A DNA stretch of 59,032 nucleotides, the filler included, from Basidiobolus ranarum (lineage: Eukaryota), in assembly GCA_040143965.1 (NCBI GenBank). It is 9 parts of 9 records of this genome, joined end to end, with 100 filler letters (N's around TTAATTAATTAA, not from the genome) between each part and the next. Parts side by side here need not be neighbours in the genome. Positions count along the whole stretch, not along the records: positions 19,776 to 26,248 come from JASJQH010008185.1; positions 26,349 to 32,819 come from JASJQH010008186.1; positions 32,920 to 39,381 come from JASJQH010008187.1; positions 39,482 to 45,936 come from JASJQH010008188.1; 5 more parts are not named here. One strand, written 5' to 3'. Positions 26,055-40,934 of the stretch are shown piece after piece (the stretch's first letter is position 1; every line of letters starts with the position of its first letter). The position numbers were made by a program, and so were the translations under genes. A model generated the notes under the pieces. That model saw nothing but the letters and a program-made list of their open reading frames with translations, had not been told where the DNA came from and made no database searches.

Positions 26055-26247
26055 TGTTGGATGATTAATCTTAATTCAACATCTTAGTTAACTTTAGTTA
26101 TGAAATATACATCAGAAACAGAGAGCTATATATCAATAGCCCCTATATTGCAAGTAGGAGTATCTCTATATCTTTAGTACTAGGATGACATATTACCAGC
26201 ACTTATCTATTATATCTTATTGCACAAACACCTGAATAGATCACACA
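26055..26247 (+). mobile_element. LTR-B solo LTR, about 193 bp
   Basis: TGTTGG...CACA; reverse complement of 25586-25777 with substitutions. Confidence 0.75.
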
Positions 26248-26661
26248 ANNNNNNNNNNNNNNNNNNNNNNNNNNNNNNNNNNNNNNNNNNNNTTAATTAA
26301 TTAANNNNNNNNNNNNNNNNNNNNNNNNNNNNNNNNNNNNNNNNNNNNCTGGAACTGTCTGTCAAGGTGGTGTAAACCAAATGTCCTGTGGCTTTTAGTT
26401 TAGGAATTGATATTAACTCAACTAATAAATACTTCATGACGACAACTTAGTCTCGATATGATTGGACAACGTTTAAAGGTGATTAGGCAGATCTGATTTG
26501 TTAAAATGCCGATCATAATATGGAGGCAGGGCTTTATTTAGGTTAGCTTTGTGTAAGCTACTCGAGAATAGCCTTTCTCTGATAAAATATGGCAAAGGTT
26601 TATTTATGAAAGTATTAAGCGCAAAGGACATTAGTAAGCTGAAGAGTATACATAACATGAA

Positions 26662-28309
<1,648 letters not shown>

Positions 28310-29166
28310 GGCTTATGAATTTTATTTGAACAAGTAAGAGTTGAAGAGAATACACTATGTCGCGTTTCTTATAAACCAAGTGCATCTGCATCCATGGTTT
28401 CAATGTAATATCAGGAGAAGGGGGAGTGAATCAATAACCAAATTGAGTAGAATTCATAGCTATCTTGCATAAAAATTATTTAACGCCCCTCCCTTGGTAT
28501 CAAGAGCAGGAGTGTGATAAAAACAGCATAGAAAAAGGGGACTATCTAATGAGAATCTCTAAACGCCATGAACATAATCATTCCAATTGTTTCACCCGCT
28601 GTTTCCAATGTTCCTTTAACCAGAACTTATGTGCCTACCCTAGGTTGGAAGGAGAAGAATAAGGTAGGGGAACAAACGTGGTGAATATAATTTAATAATA
28701 TCAGCAAATGGAGAAGAGTACACAAATGTGGCGTAATAGTACAACTTTATAATGAAAGATAGACATAAGGATTGCAAGGTAAATATCGAGTAACATAAAA
28801 TACATTTTTCATGAACAAAAACTAAACAAAAAACGCATGTGGAAGAGAGCTCCACTAGTATTACGAATAAAAAAGAGCAAAAGTGTTAAGAACATAAAAG
28901 AACAGCCGTGATCGATGGATAATGCTAACATATAAGAGTGGTTCACTTCAGGTGGTCAACTCACTGCTGCTAAATATATAACCATGGACCCGCCAGCACG
29001 TGGATATGTCAAAAAGAATATGGTAGAATGGTCATTAAAACAGGGAGATTGCAATGGAAAAGAATGGAGGACTGCAATGAAAAATAGCTTACAAACACAT
29101 AGTATGTCAAACATAAATCGAAAGAAATTGAGTCAGACATGGATTTATCCAAGTATTACCGAGATT

Positions 29167-31931
29167 TCAATAGAATGGAAAGCGATGATTGTTGACTCCC
29201 ATCGCGTTCATAGAAGCGTGCTTATATTCTGGACGCATGGCTTTATACCCAACATTTGCTATCGGTGCTGTAGGCTGAGTGGGGAAAGCATTGGGATGAG
29301 CCTGTTCCCTCAAAAGCTTCCCTTGAATGCGCTTCCCATATGGAGTATTTTTAATGAACGGGATCATAGGCTTGATGCACTCAACTAATAGAGAGCGTTG
29401 CACAGGGTCTGCATAATCCAAGGCAGTTTGAACCACATAATTAGCGAATGAGTCTCTCAACATCTTCTCCAACTGTTCGGGGTTCAGCAATTCCTCAATA
29501 AGACCTTTACGGGTTTCGTGATCAGCAACTCGAATACACTTCTCAATCACGTTGGAACTGAACTTCTGGATAGAGAGCACGCATACACTACCCCAGAATG
29601 TTCTTATCAAAGAGTTCGAAAAATGGTCCTCGCCCAGATCCAACACGTATTGAACTACATAATTCCCAAATGGATCTTGGACAAGCTTCAGCCCATTCAC
29701 TGTAATCTCGCTGATTAGTTGAGCCTTCTGAGCAGGAGAGGCATAGTCAATACACCGTTGGAATACACAACAGCCGTGACGATGAGAAGCAACCTCGATG
29801 CAATGATGACAGACCGCATCATATATGAACTGGTTGTTTTCTGCTGACATGGAATTCAAACATTTCTGAATAACATGATTTCCATTCAAATCTTTAATAA
29901 GAGGAACTACGCTTGGAGTCAAGGCGACGATAACCAACTGAATCTGCTGTGCGTTCGATAAATATTCGATTAATTTCTGGGCTGCTCGCGTTCCATGCAT
30001 GTTCAAAGAAATGTTAACCAGTTCTGGGGCCACTTTTCCCACCAAAACGGTTCTTTGCTCATCTCTAGAGTACTCGAGCAATTTTTGGCATAAATAGTTG
30101 CCAAATGGGTCGGTCATCAAATCAACAAAATATCCGTTCACTTCTTCGAAAATGAAATCCGTGTAAACCGGGTTCTGCTCCTCTAACTTCTTTTGCAAGT
30201 AGCGACACCCGTACTGATCTCTGCACAATCCGTGGATCTCACCAACTAGACTTTCCAAGCTAACCCCTTGGAACCGGTTCATTAACTCGACGTCATTCAC
30301 TGGTTTCTTGTGGTTGCCTTTGTTAGAGGATGGCTTGGAATTCTTTGCAGTATTTGTTTTGGGATGATGATAACCATTTTGATGGCTATTAGCTGGATTA
30401 CCGGATCCAAAATCCCCAGAACCATTAGGTTTGTAATGATTCTCGTGGTAGTTACCACTAGGCACCAGCTTTGGTACCAGATGGTTTGCTTCAACTTCAT
30501 GAGAATAAGCTGGTGGCTTACGTATTCCACCACTCTGCTTGAAGTATTGATGGCGAGGGTCATGCTCCATCGTCACGGGGTACCCGTCACCAATCACATC
30601 AAATAGGTCGGGTGTAAAGAAGTTTTGATTTCTAGCCGAGCTTGGTATAGAACCCAGGTTATCGTATGAATTCATCTTTCCGCGAATTGGTCGACCCTCG
30701 ACCCTTGCGGTAGTAACAAAGGGTGCCCATGAATTTGGATTGATATCTTCAGCTGCGGCCATTTGGTGGGATACCGCAGTGAATGAGGAAATATCTAAGC
30801 CAGGAGAAGTAGTGGAAAGCTGCTTGGCCATTACAAGTGAATTAGAATCAATGATTGATGTTTGAAGACCTCGTTATGTACTTACAGTGGTGGGGAATCT
30901 ATCGGTTTCCTTTTGGATACGAGGATTTCTGTGAGAATATGGCCCGCCTATGTATACCATTAGTTTACAATACCCAACATGATGAAGGCAATAACTATAC
31001 GTGCCTTGGGGATTGAAGTTACTATCAAATACAGATGCCAAGCCAGTGTGTCCATTTAAGTAGTCCTGCTTGAAATGTAAATCTTTTGAAGATTTGCTGT
31101 TGTACAATATATTACTTTCATCCAAATACGATGATCTTCTAAGTTGAATGCTTAATATCAGTAAATATCGAAACAAACCACCATTAACGAAATACTAACT
31201 CTTTTAATCTTTGTGAGCCAATATCTTCCATTTGAAGCTTATTAAATCTTTCCCAAATATTGCTATCATCACTGGGAAAGCGTTTGTAGAGTGAATGTCT
31301 CTTATCTTGAGCTACTTCGGCATGTTGTGCTTCAATACCATGTCTATTCGGAAGTCCTGTATACTCTTCCGAGAAACCAGGCTCTTGAAACAACCCCTCA
31401 TTTTTTAAGGTTGACGGCATAGTATTAGCTCGATGTCTGTTTTCGAGGAAGACTGCTTTCGGCGGAAGAAGTTGAATAGGTTCAGTTTGTAGTCTAGCAA
31501 TACCAAAGTATGACTAATATTCAGAAATCCAAGTTAGTAAATTTAGTCAACGAAGAATGGGTTGAAATGTATTGTACCTGATGAGAAGTTTCTTCTATAG
31601 GATTATCGAAAGTAGTACCACGATGATCATATGAACCTCTTTGAAATGCTCCCTCACTTGGAGGAAAAGGGCCGTCACGAATAAAATCAAGGGATCTATT
31701 GTTGGAGTTTGGTGGTACCTCCTCACGTCGAGATAACAACCTTTCACGCGAATTTGAAGGCTTAACGCGAGCATCCGAGAGGTTTTCTGGCATGTAGTCC
31801 GTGGGATGGTGAAGTACCTGTTCACTCGTTGACCTATTTAGAGTGCCGAGTTTTCTTTTGGAAATGTCTACATCAAAAGTACTTTGGTCACGTCCATTAT
31901 TGGAGTCGTGAGCGGCGCGTTCTTTAGACAT
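29167..31931 (-). CDS. PUF4: Pumilio/PUF RNA-binding protein, Puf4/Puf5 clade, multi-exon
   Basis: Eight PUF repeats with recognition motifs CRYLQ, NYLCQ, TRAAQ, NHVIQ, CCVFQ, NYVVQ, SNVIE, NYVVQ (Puf4-type). Upstream low-complexity exons lie in ORFs 30874-31931; the exact 5' structure is less certain. Confidence 0.9.
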
Positions 31932-33787
31932 CTATTGACAGCTTTCTACGAATCTTTGAGTGTGTTTATTGGATTAATGTACAATACTATAAGGAAGGAA
32001 ATATTAAATTAGAAAAAAACCAAGGTTACACATAAAGAGAAGTAATGGTGACGAGAGAAAAGAATTATCAGAGCAATTGAACTTGGTAAATACTTACATA
32101 TTAAAAGTACCCCTTTTAACGTAAACAGAATACAGAAACAGTCGATAGATATTAGGAAATAATATAGTATACAAAGTGGAATTCTAACGATAGAGAGGCA
32201 AGTACTCCAAGATAAGAATCTAGGGCAATTCAAGAAATAATGAAAAGATAAAAACAAGATTCAGAGTGAATCCGAGATAATAACAAATATAAAAAGGGTT
32301 TCTTAAAAATCGGAAACCTGAGAAACCATACGGAAAAACATCATGTACATATACGGAATGGGATATTTGAATAGATCATGATATTTAAATCACCAATTAA
32401 AGCTTCACTAATAGATTACGATGGTGTACTGGGGATAGACAATGGCAAGTGGAGTTGGGTAAACAAATGGGTCACTAAATTTAGCTCACTCGAACGCGAG
32501 ATGACTCTTGGAGCGCCATAATCTATTTTGTGTTCAGTCTTGGGTGTTCAGCCATATTCTAGCATCGGAACACTGGCGAGCTGTGTAGCGTGGCCGTGTT
32601 TCTGACCATGTTTCTCATCATCTCGGTAATACTAACATAGACCAAGAGAAATATTCTCCTTCATAGATATTTATTCTGACTGAGATTGTTGGATTATAAA
32701 GTCAAGGAGTGGGAATGCTGAAGTTTGAGAGTAACGTCAAGAATTGTGTGAATAGTGATTTTCTACAAGAAAGGGTAAAGGATGTGGCATGGTCATAGTA
32801 AATAGGGTAGAGATGTAAGNNNNNNNNNNNNNNNNNNNNNNNNNNNNNNNNNNNNNNNNNNNNTTAATTAATTAANNNNNNNNNNNNNNNNNNNNNNNNN
32901 NNNNNNNNNNNNNNNNNNNATTTTAAACCGTGATCAATTTCTAGGTGGCTGAATATCCATATTACTATTTGCCCATTGACCAATAAAACACCTTACAAAA
33001 AACAAATTGTGGCTCATTTTTGATGATAATAAATAGCAGGATTCTAGCCATTAATGCCGATTACTCCCTAACCGTACTACTCTTCCCCAGGTAACCCTGA
33101 ACAGAAAATCCAAATAACACCCTGGAGATAACCTTAAATAGTTTAGTTCGGGATTATCGATTGATGCGGGAAAATCATATAAGTAAACTTGATTGGTATG
33201 ACACTAACCCCAGAAACATGGGATTGTCGGTTTGAATAAAAGGTTAACTGCTACTAAAATGCTTGGTATTTCTCGGTGTAGTAACTGCGTTATATAAGAT
33301 TCAGTGGTTAGTTGGTTGGAGTGGTTCGTTGATTGGAATATACAGTAGTTACATTCATAATTTCAAACTGGCAAATCTACATTCCTAACATGTTACCACA
33401 TGTCAAAGTTTGAACTGTTCACTGAGAAATGACTACAGCTAGAATACAAATCAAATGCAAAAATCTAAAATCGCAAATAATCTAATTAATGAGCCACTTT
33501 ATGTGATGATCTTTTACTTCGCATCGCTGAACACCAATCTGAATTTAGTGGTTAATAGACTTTAATAGTTACGATTGGTATACTAACTGGTCATCCAGTA
33601 AGAATGTAGGGGTTCCCAGTATTTAGGAATTTGATAACCAAATTACTGGGACACCTAAATGATAACTGAGATTTATGCTAGATATTTATGCTTTTCCCAA
33701 GGTTGCTATCTTATCTATTTAGTGTAACATAACGAGAAGTTGTCATCGGCGTTTGTGACTAGAATCCATTAATTCCCTAAATGGGTC

Positions 33788-33866
33788 AAAACGTGATATC
33801 TTTCTGTTTTATTAATGAATCATCGACTAGCAAACTAGTAAATCACCTATCAATTGGTCACGTTTT
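33788..33866. promoter_or_regulatory. Inverted pair of TCACGTTTT motifs (Pho4-like bHLH sites)
   Basis: AAAACGTGA at 33788-33796 and TCACGTTTT at 33858-33866, 370-450 bp upstream of a secreted phosphoesterase gene. Confidence 0.4.
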
Positions 33867-34238
33867 AAAAAGCGAGCATCCAACGCGAATGGTGAAAACT
33901 TATTCTGAGTTGTCATAACTTGTACAGATGTATTTTACGTGGTCTGTGTAAAGTATAAACGAATTATTACCTCATTTCAGTGGCTTTTGATAGACTGTAA
34001 TGTAGATACTATCAATCTGGAGCGACAGCATGAATAATGCCCAAGTTCTTATTTGGTCTACTAATGTAAAGTCTACCAGTCTGCTGCACTGAAATAATTT
34101 CAACAGGAGGGGGTAGTTGGCCATGTCATTTTCTAATGAAAATTTTTTCACCATTGATTGTGTACGCATTGGAGGTATATAAGGCCATCAAACTGTCTTT
34201 ATTCTCATCATCCATTTGCAATCCAACTAATCTTCAAT

Positions 34239-35463
34239 ATGCAAAAGTCTCTTTCATTGATTGCTCTGGCATGCCTTGCTTCACATGTTACCCTGGGCCA
34301 AGCTGCCTTCCGCCCAGATGCTAACAATGATGGACTTGTGAATGGAGACGACGTTACATTCGTCAACGGTTTCTTGGGTTCAAACCAGGCTAGCTCCAAC
34401 TGGCAAGTAGCCAAATCGGCGGATGTAAATGGAGATGGTCAAGTGACATCCACTGATGTTGACCTTGTTAATGCTCGAATCAATCAATTCCCAAAGTCTG
34501 AATTCAAGCGGGTTGTATTCATCGGGATTGATGGTGGTGGTAACTTCTTGCAGTGGGCCAACACACCGGTTCTTAAGCAATTCCTATCCTCCGGAGCTTC
34601 TACTTTGAACGCTGCTGCAATGACACCAACCATTAGTGGTCAAAACTGGGGTTCAATGATCACCGGTGTGACTCCTGCTAAGCATAAGCTCACCAACACC
34701 AATGCTGCTGCTGATCCTTATCCTGAGAATTCGGCTTATCCCACCATATTCAAGCTGCTTCTCACTGAACGTCCAGCTGCCAAATTGGCTGTCTATTCTG
34801 TATGGAAGCCAATCATTGATGGAATGGTTGAACGTTCTTTGAATGTTACCAAAGTATCTCAAGGTGATGAGGAGCTTACTAACAGTGTTATAAGCTACAT
34901 TAAGGCGCAAGGTGCGGAGACTCGTTACCTCTTCATCCATTATGATGCTATGGATCATGTTGGACATGGTATGTTAGAGTTCTTTAACATTCAGTAGAAT
35001 GAGGGAAATATGCTTGGGAAAAAGCGAGTCAGCATAAGATTTTCTTTACTAACACGTTCATTTTAGCATCTGGATACAACTCCACTGCTTATATTAATGA
35101 ATATCCAAAGGTTGATGCTCGTGTTGGCCGCGTCTTAGACGCCATCAATACAGCTGGCCTGGGCGACGATACACTTGTACTGATGACCGCAGATCATGGA
35201 GGTACCCCTGGCGGTTCCCATGGTGGCACCACCGCGGCTGAAGTGAACATCTTCTGGGGAGCCAAAGGAAAAGGAGTGAATGTAGCCAAGTTGGCAAAGG
35301 GAGTACGCAATATGGTTAGTATTGAGATGTGGACTTGATGTCGTTATGACTTAGAGTCAAGTATTAACGATGATCTTTATAGGACATTGCTGCTACCGTA
35401 GCCAATGCGCTCCGTTTACCACAACCAGCTAACTGGGATTCCAAATTTGTCCCCATTTACTAA
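34239..35463 (+). CDS. Secreted dockerin + alkaline-phosphatase-superfamily (type I phosphodiesterase/NPP-like) protein, 352 aa; exons 34239-34968, 35067-35314, 35383-35463
   Basis: Signal peptide MQKSLSLIALACLASHVTLGQA; duplicated DxNxDGxVxxxD loops; metal and catalytic motifs FIGIDG, PTISGQNWGSMITG, DAMDHVGH, TADHGG..SHGG, NMDIAAT; two GT-AG introns (TACTAAC in intron 1) give one open frame. Confidence 0.9.
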
Positions 35464-35915
35464 AGCAATCAAAATGGAGTTGTTCATATACTTTATTACG
35501 CATATTTTATAAGAAATAAATGCATTTCCAAACATTTCGCGATATTCATTATGCTGCATATGTGAAGATATTATGGATATTGGAAAGCTAGATGCTTTGG
35601 ATGTTAAGCTGGCCATTATTTGGTGCATACATCCTCATTAGCATTACTTGTACACACAAAACATTTCTTTCAGCGTTCTCTAATTTGGTAATACTGAGAG
35701 AAAATCTAATATAAGACTATACATTACATCAAGGTTGTCATCACTAATCCCTTCCGTTGCAAGATAAATGACCTGGGCTGAGTATAAATCACTATTTTAT
35801 GTCAGAATCAACGTCCCGATCAATATTTTCAAATGTGCTTCATATCATTATTGTAAAAAAGCTGACATTGCTTATTACCCTTCTCTTCATGTAGCCTACC
35901 ACTACTACCTGCTCC

Positions 35916-36445
35916 CTAATCGTAATCCTCTTTGCTCCTCTTCCATTCAGACTTTTTGCTGTGGTTTACTCCCGTAGTCTTATGTGAATTTTTACCACTA
36001 GCACCCTTACCATCCTTGGTTCCATGTTCTTTTTTACCAGGAGTCAATTTGTTGTCATCACTCTTTCGCTCATGATCTTTGTTTCCACTGTGTATTCCTA
36101 CTGGATTAACTTCGTCACTATGTTTACCTCCATCTTCACGACCGTTGCCACCATTATTTTCATGAGTGTTTTTGTCAACCACTGCTCCAGCATCATAGCT
36201 CCTTCTGCCAATATGGTTTTCGTTGCCATTTCCTGGTCGAGATTGAGGGCATTGCTTGTCATCACACTTCAAGTCGAGACTGTTAGCACTCTAGACTAAA
36301 AATTTGTAATCCTTCCTGTTGAGAGGAGTGAGGTTACTGTCCAAGTTGTTTATACTGACATGATCACAGAGCATTACGTCCAAGCCTTTACCATAGGCTT
36401 TCAATGCAGCAACAACACCCCGGAAATACTGGCATATGACATTCA
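35916..36445 (-). pseudogene. Probable pseudogene: Cys-motif domain followed by G/K/H/D/N-rich low-complexity region
   Basis: SGVVAALKAYGKGLDVMLC resembles the motif repeated at 44076-44985; in-frame stops; hydrophilic ORF 35916-36272. Confidence 0.4.
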
Positions 36446-37479
36446 ATCGGGTGAGCCCATTAATAGGTCAACTTGCTAAAAGTAGTAAAACAAGCCTATC
36501 TTTTAAATGTTACATAATAACGAGTGCTCAGCGTCAATGAAACCATGATAATACGAGTTACTAAGGATTACACATGGATATTGGTTGAAAAATATGCTCC
36601 AGTATGGTACTTCCCATAGCGCTAAGCGCTATACTTGGAATAGGAATATACCATATTAGAAGTAATAGAGGCTTCGATGCCTGGCTCAACATCATCAACT
36701 AAGTTCATTAAATCCAGGACGTTCTTACCGGAAGAGTGTAATTCCATTCAGTCTTTAATTAAGGCGATGTGACGATATACTAATACTAATACATATTATA
36801 GGTAGGGTATATCTCCCTACTACTTGAACACCAGATTTTTACCCGAGTATGTTTCAGTCAAGCACTCACATCACTCTCCTAAACAGCTACGTAAACATCA
36901 GAGTCGAGTTCTTGCACTTCCAGTACATTCATGGTGTCTATTTCCGTCACCTATTCCAAGGCAATGGTGTCTATCCCAATATCTTGGTCAATGCTCTTTA
37001 CTTATGACTCCTTTTGCACCATTTTCTGCTATAGTCCCCGTGAAAGTCCTTTACATAAGCATCCTCTATAGCCATTCTCTTTGTAGTCGTTTTCAGTGCG
37101 ACCGGTCTCTCTATGATGCTTTGTATATCTATTCATTTCCAATAATAGCACTCTTAGTATAGTTATCGCCGCCATTACTTGCGGTGTAATATTGAGTTGG
37201 CACCAATCACTAATGTAGTTTATTAGTGTCTTTAACTGTTTAAGGGCAGCATCCCAATAAAGTACGTGAGCAAAATACAAAATGAAGTACTAGAACAGAA
37301 ATAGAATGACTATTTTACAGTCAGTATCTTTCATCCAAACTTAGCGCTCCTGAAATCATCAATATCAATCTATATATATCTCATACGGGAACAAAAGATC
37401 TCAGTTGATGCACTCTAAGGTAAAATTACCCTGGACCAAAAATATATTATTAGTTACTTAATTGGATTTCAACAAGTAA

Positions 37480-38480
37480 GATTTAGCAAAGAAGTGTCTC
37501 TTGTGACTTTCTCAAAAAAGCCACTAGATTACTATATCAATAAAATAGTTATATGAGAAGTATATATACCTACTGTTGATGGATCTGATTTTATTGCTGA
37601 TATTGTCCTCAATCAATGCAAGAACCCATGAGTACACTGATACAAGTTCTATGTTGGATGGTTACGGTTGTATGGAGTTTTCTTCAACCTATGCATCATA
37701 TTTAACAGTGATTTTTCTGCTATGATGTTATTGAGATTAACATATAGTAGTGCTGATAATTTCACCCATTGCCTCATCTCACCATAAGTACATTCACTGG
37801 GGAATTCCCTGAATATATAGCAAGGGCCTTTGATATCTAAACACTGTGAAAGTTGTGGTATGGTGTTTATCAAATACTGGGATAGATTCAGTCTATCTGC
37901 CCTAAATCTGTAACAAACTTTATCATGTTCATGTTCAAAATCTTCACACTGCTGCTATATCTCACTAAGAGCTGCCAATGTGAGTAGAAGTTGTAGGAAC
38001 CTTTCTGCAATTTCCACAAACAACTCCCAATGTTACTAATACTCATCAGGTAGAAATCTTTTCAAGATCCTACTGCAGTAAATACAAATTTAATACTACC
38101 AGTCTTTGCATTTAAAAGAGGACCTAGATGAATAGATGCTTATGGGAGACCTTGTAATGTATTCTGGCATCTTAATGTATCAAGCTTCTTAACAACTGCT
38201 TCAAACTTGAATCTTATCTTTTATGGCTCATTCAGATTGAACTTTTCACTGCAGAGCTGTGTAATTGGTACTGGAATGTCATTGAACAACAAGTTCATAA
38301 TACCAAAGCAAAAGCTATGGCTCCAGCTAATCCCCTTCAACAATACAATCCTAGATATATTGCTGATCCCAACTTTGATATTAGACTGACCATTGGTATA
38401 TTGATATCACAAACCATACTGAAATCCATCAAGGGCTTGATGCTATATTGATGGAGCTTATTGTTGTGCTTGGATGGTAC
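37480..38480 (-). mobile_element. Diverged CACTA/EnSpm Tnp2 fragment
   Basis: Similar to 5550-6500 (LSQCLDIKGPCYIFREFPSEC; FKCKDW). Confidence 0.85.
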
Positions 38481-38559
38481 TATCTGGCATGATGTTATTT
38501 ACTATGTCTACGTAATTATTTTATTTTTGTAGTAAATTTAGAAAAAGTGCTTGTGGACA

Positions 38560-39029
38560 TTTTGAACATTAAAAAAATGTTGAAAGCTTTATTCTTGTTG
38601 TCTCAAGTCTAGAGCTCTTAATGGATTTCTTTGAGTGTGAATGTATTGAGAATTAATCAAGATTTTGACTTCTTTGCATAACTTTGATTGAAGCTTATAA
38701 AATGATTTTCCTCTATGCTTTCCTGTCAAAATGCTATATCTCTTTAAGAAGCCAAAGCTATGCTCTACTCTTGCTCTGAGATGGGAAAAATATTATTGAA
38801 AGCTTTTGCCTCTTTGTAAGTATTCCTCTTCTAGACCTCTTGTTAACTGTGACCAATTCTAGCCTTTTGCATTCTTCACCAACACAAGCTAAATCAGCCA
38901 TAGTCTTTTCATGTCTTACAAATGGTCCATCCTTCTGTATGTAAAGCCTTTTGTCATGGTGTCTCCCTGGATGAGGTCCACTAAACCAAATGATACTTGC
39001 TTCCAAATGTTGAAGTTTATTGTCTTTAG
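38560..39029 (-). mobile_element. PIF/Harbinger-IS5-like transposase (DDE_Tnp_4) C-terminal fragment
   Basis: SGPHPGRHHDKR...MADLACVG...LTKRQK, then after a frameshift LRARVEHSFGFLKRYSIL. Confidence 0.8.
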
Positions 39030-39973
39030 ACTTGTTCCATTGGACCAGGTCAGATCATGCTGCTCAATCCAGCCTGCTAGTACACCATCTGGCACAATCT
39101 GTCAATTACCATGGCTGGGTCTTATAACACTCAATTGGACACTATAAGGAACAATATGGCACTATCCCACCACAATTGGACATGATGATTTTTTTGGAGA
39201 TATTGTGCCAGCCTGTACCAAGTTACCCGATTTAGTATTGCCAAATTACAATTTTGGGTAACTGACAAAGTAAATTCATCCCCTAGTTTGTAACTTATGA
39301 ATTACTGAATGTGTAACAATAAACAATTTATACTGTAACTTACCCAATCAAATGTATAACCAAGACATTCACATGTTTTTANNNNNNNNNNNNNNNNNNN
39401 NNNNNNNNNNNNNNNNNNNNNNNNNTTAATTAATTAANNNNNNNNNNNNNNNNNNNNNNNNNNNNNNNNNNNNNNNNNNNNAAGCAAACGGTCATGAGCA
39501 GAGCTAGGAACAGATTGAACTTGATCATGGTAAAGGAAGTGATTTCTTGCTCGTACTCCTAGGAGTTGTTAATCATTTATACACTACCATCATATAAGCA
39601 AAATTATAATGACGATTACAGTTGGATATAATAAGTTATATATTCATCTCAACTCAAGGTTAAATCCACTACCTCGCACTAGAATTCAATAAGTATTGTG
39701 CTCACCCAGTTGCTGTAGACTTTAGAAAAACCGATGAAGAACAAAATCCCTCTTAGTAACCCCACTAGCGAAAATGTTATTTTCATCATAACAGTGTTCA
39801 CGAGTGGACTGTCAACTGGTAAACTACTTAATGAAGAAGCTACTAATATGTAATGTAGAGATGATATTGCGTGGTTATAATACAATCATTCATTTAAGGA
39901 CAACATCCTCGACATGAATCGAAATTATCAAGCCTCCACTCAACTAGTCCCTCAGAAACTTTGGCTACAGGCA

Positions 39974-40070
39974 GATGCCACTTACCCTTCTGATAAATTT
40001 TTTAATAAATGCTATATAGTGATGCCACTTACCCTACTGATAAATTCCTTAATAAATACTATATAGTGAT
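39974..40070 (+). repeat. 47-bp tandem duplication x2
   Basis: GATGCCACTTACCCT.CTGATAAATT..TTAATAAAT.CTATATAGT at 39974 and 40021. Confidence 0.85.
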
Positions 40071-40934
40071 TTATAGTATTCCAAATTTTAATTTAGAACC
40101 TGTACCATTAGCAATATGCACCAAATCCATGTTAGCCAAAATGAATATTACCTCGCCTAATCAAAATTAACAACTGCTTACATTCACTTGAGATATCCTA
40201 GCATTGTTTACAGCTTGTTGTCAAATTAAGACATGTTGCAACTTATTTGAATTATCAAATGGCCCTTACGACTAGTCTTTAACTGCGAAAAGTAATTAGC
40301 ATCTTTGTCCAGGATCTTAATCTGCTTATGGTATTTGATCAGGTATTTAATTAGGCTGAGGTCAAAGATTATTCACTAACAGAACTTGCATTCTGTAACT
40401 TCTCCTTGCTGCACATAATTCTCCACCTCAAAGTTCAGGCTGGGTTGATACTTTACGGCAAATATCCTTCATTGTTGAAACCCGTATCATTTAAACTATT
40501 ATGGTTTCTAGTATCGGAAGTGAAAACTGGCTAGGTTATGTCTCAACGCTTGCTGACTGCTAATTGTTCTGATTAGAGAATCTGCTACGGAGGTGAATTT
40601 AGGGGGTTTCAATCCTTAATTAAGCGATTATCTCTGATAAAATATAGTAATCTCCATATTTAGAACTGAGATTATGTTACGGTCAGGTACTCTTTCAGAA
40701 TTGCGGAAACCATCACTGCTTTCTATTTCCAACATTATTCTATAGTGTATCCTCGATCATTGGTCAGTTCCGAAACATCTAAATGTATTTGAAGCTCAGA
40801 TTAACTTCTATATTTGATACCCTGGGAAAATATGATTAAGAAACCCTGCAAATTAAGATGCACAACAATTATAAATTGTATCTCGATCTCAATATCTCTC
40901 ATAAACTAGTCGTTCATCCTCTTTACTCTATACT

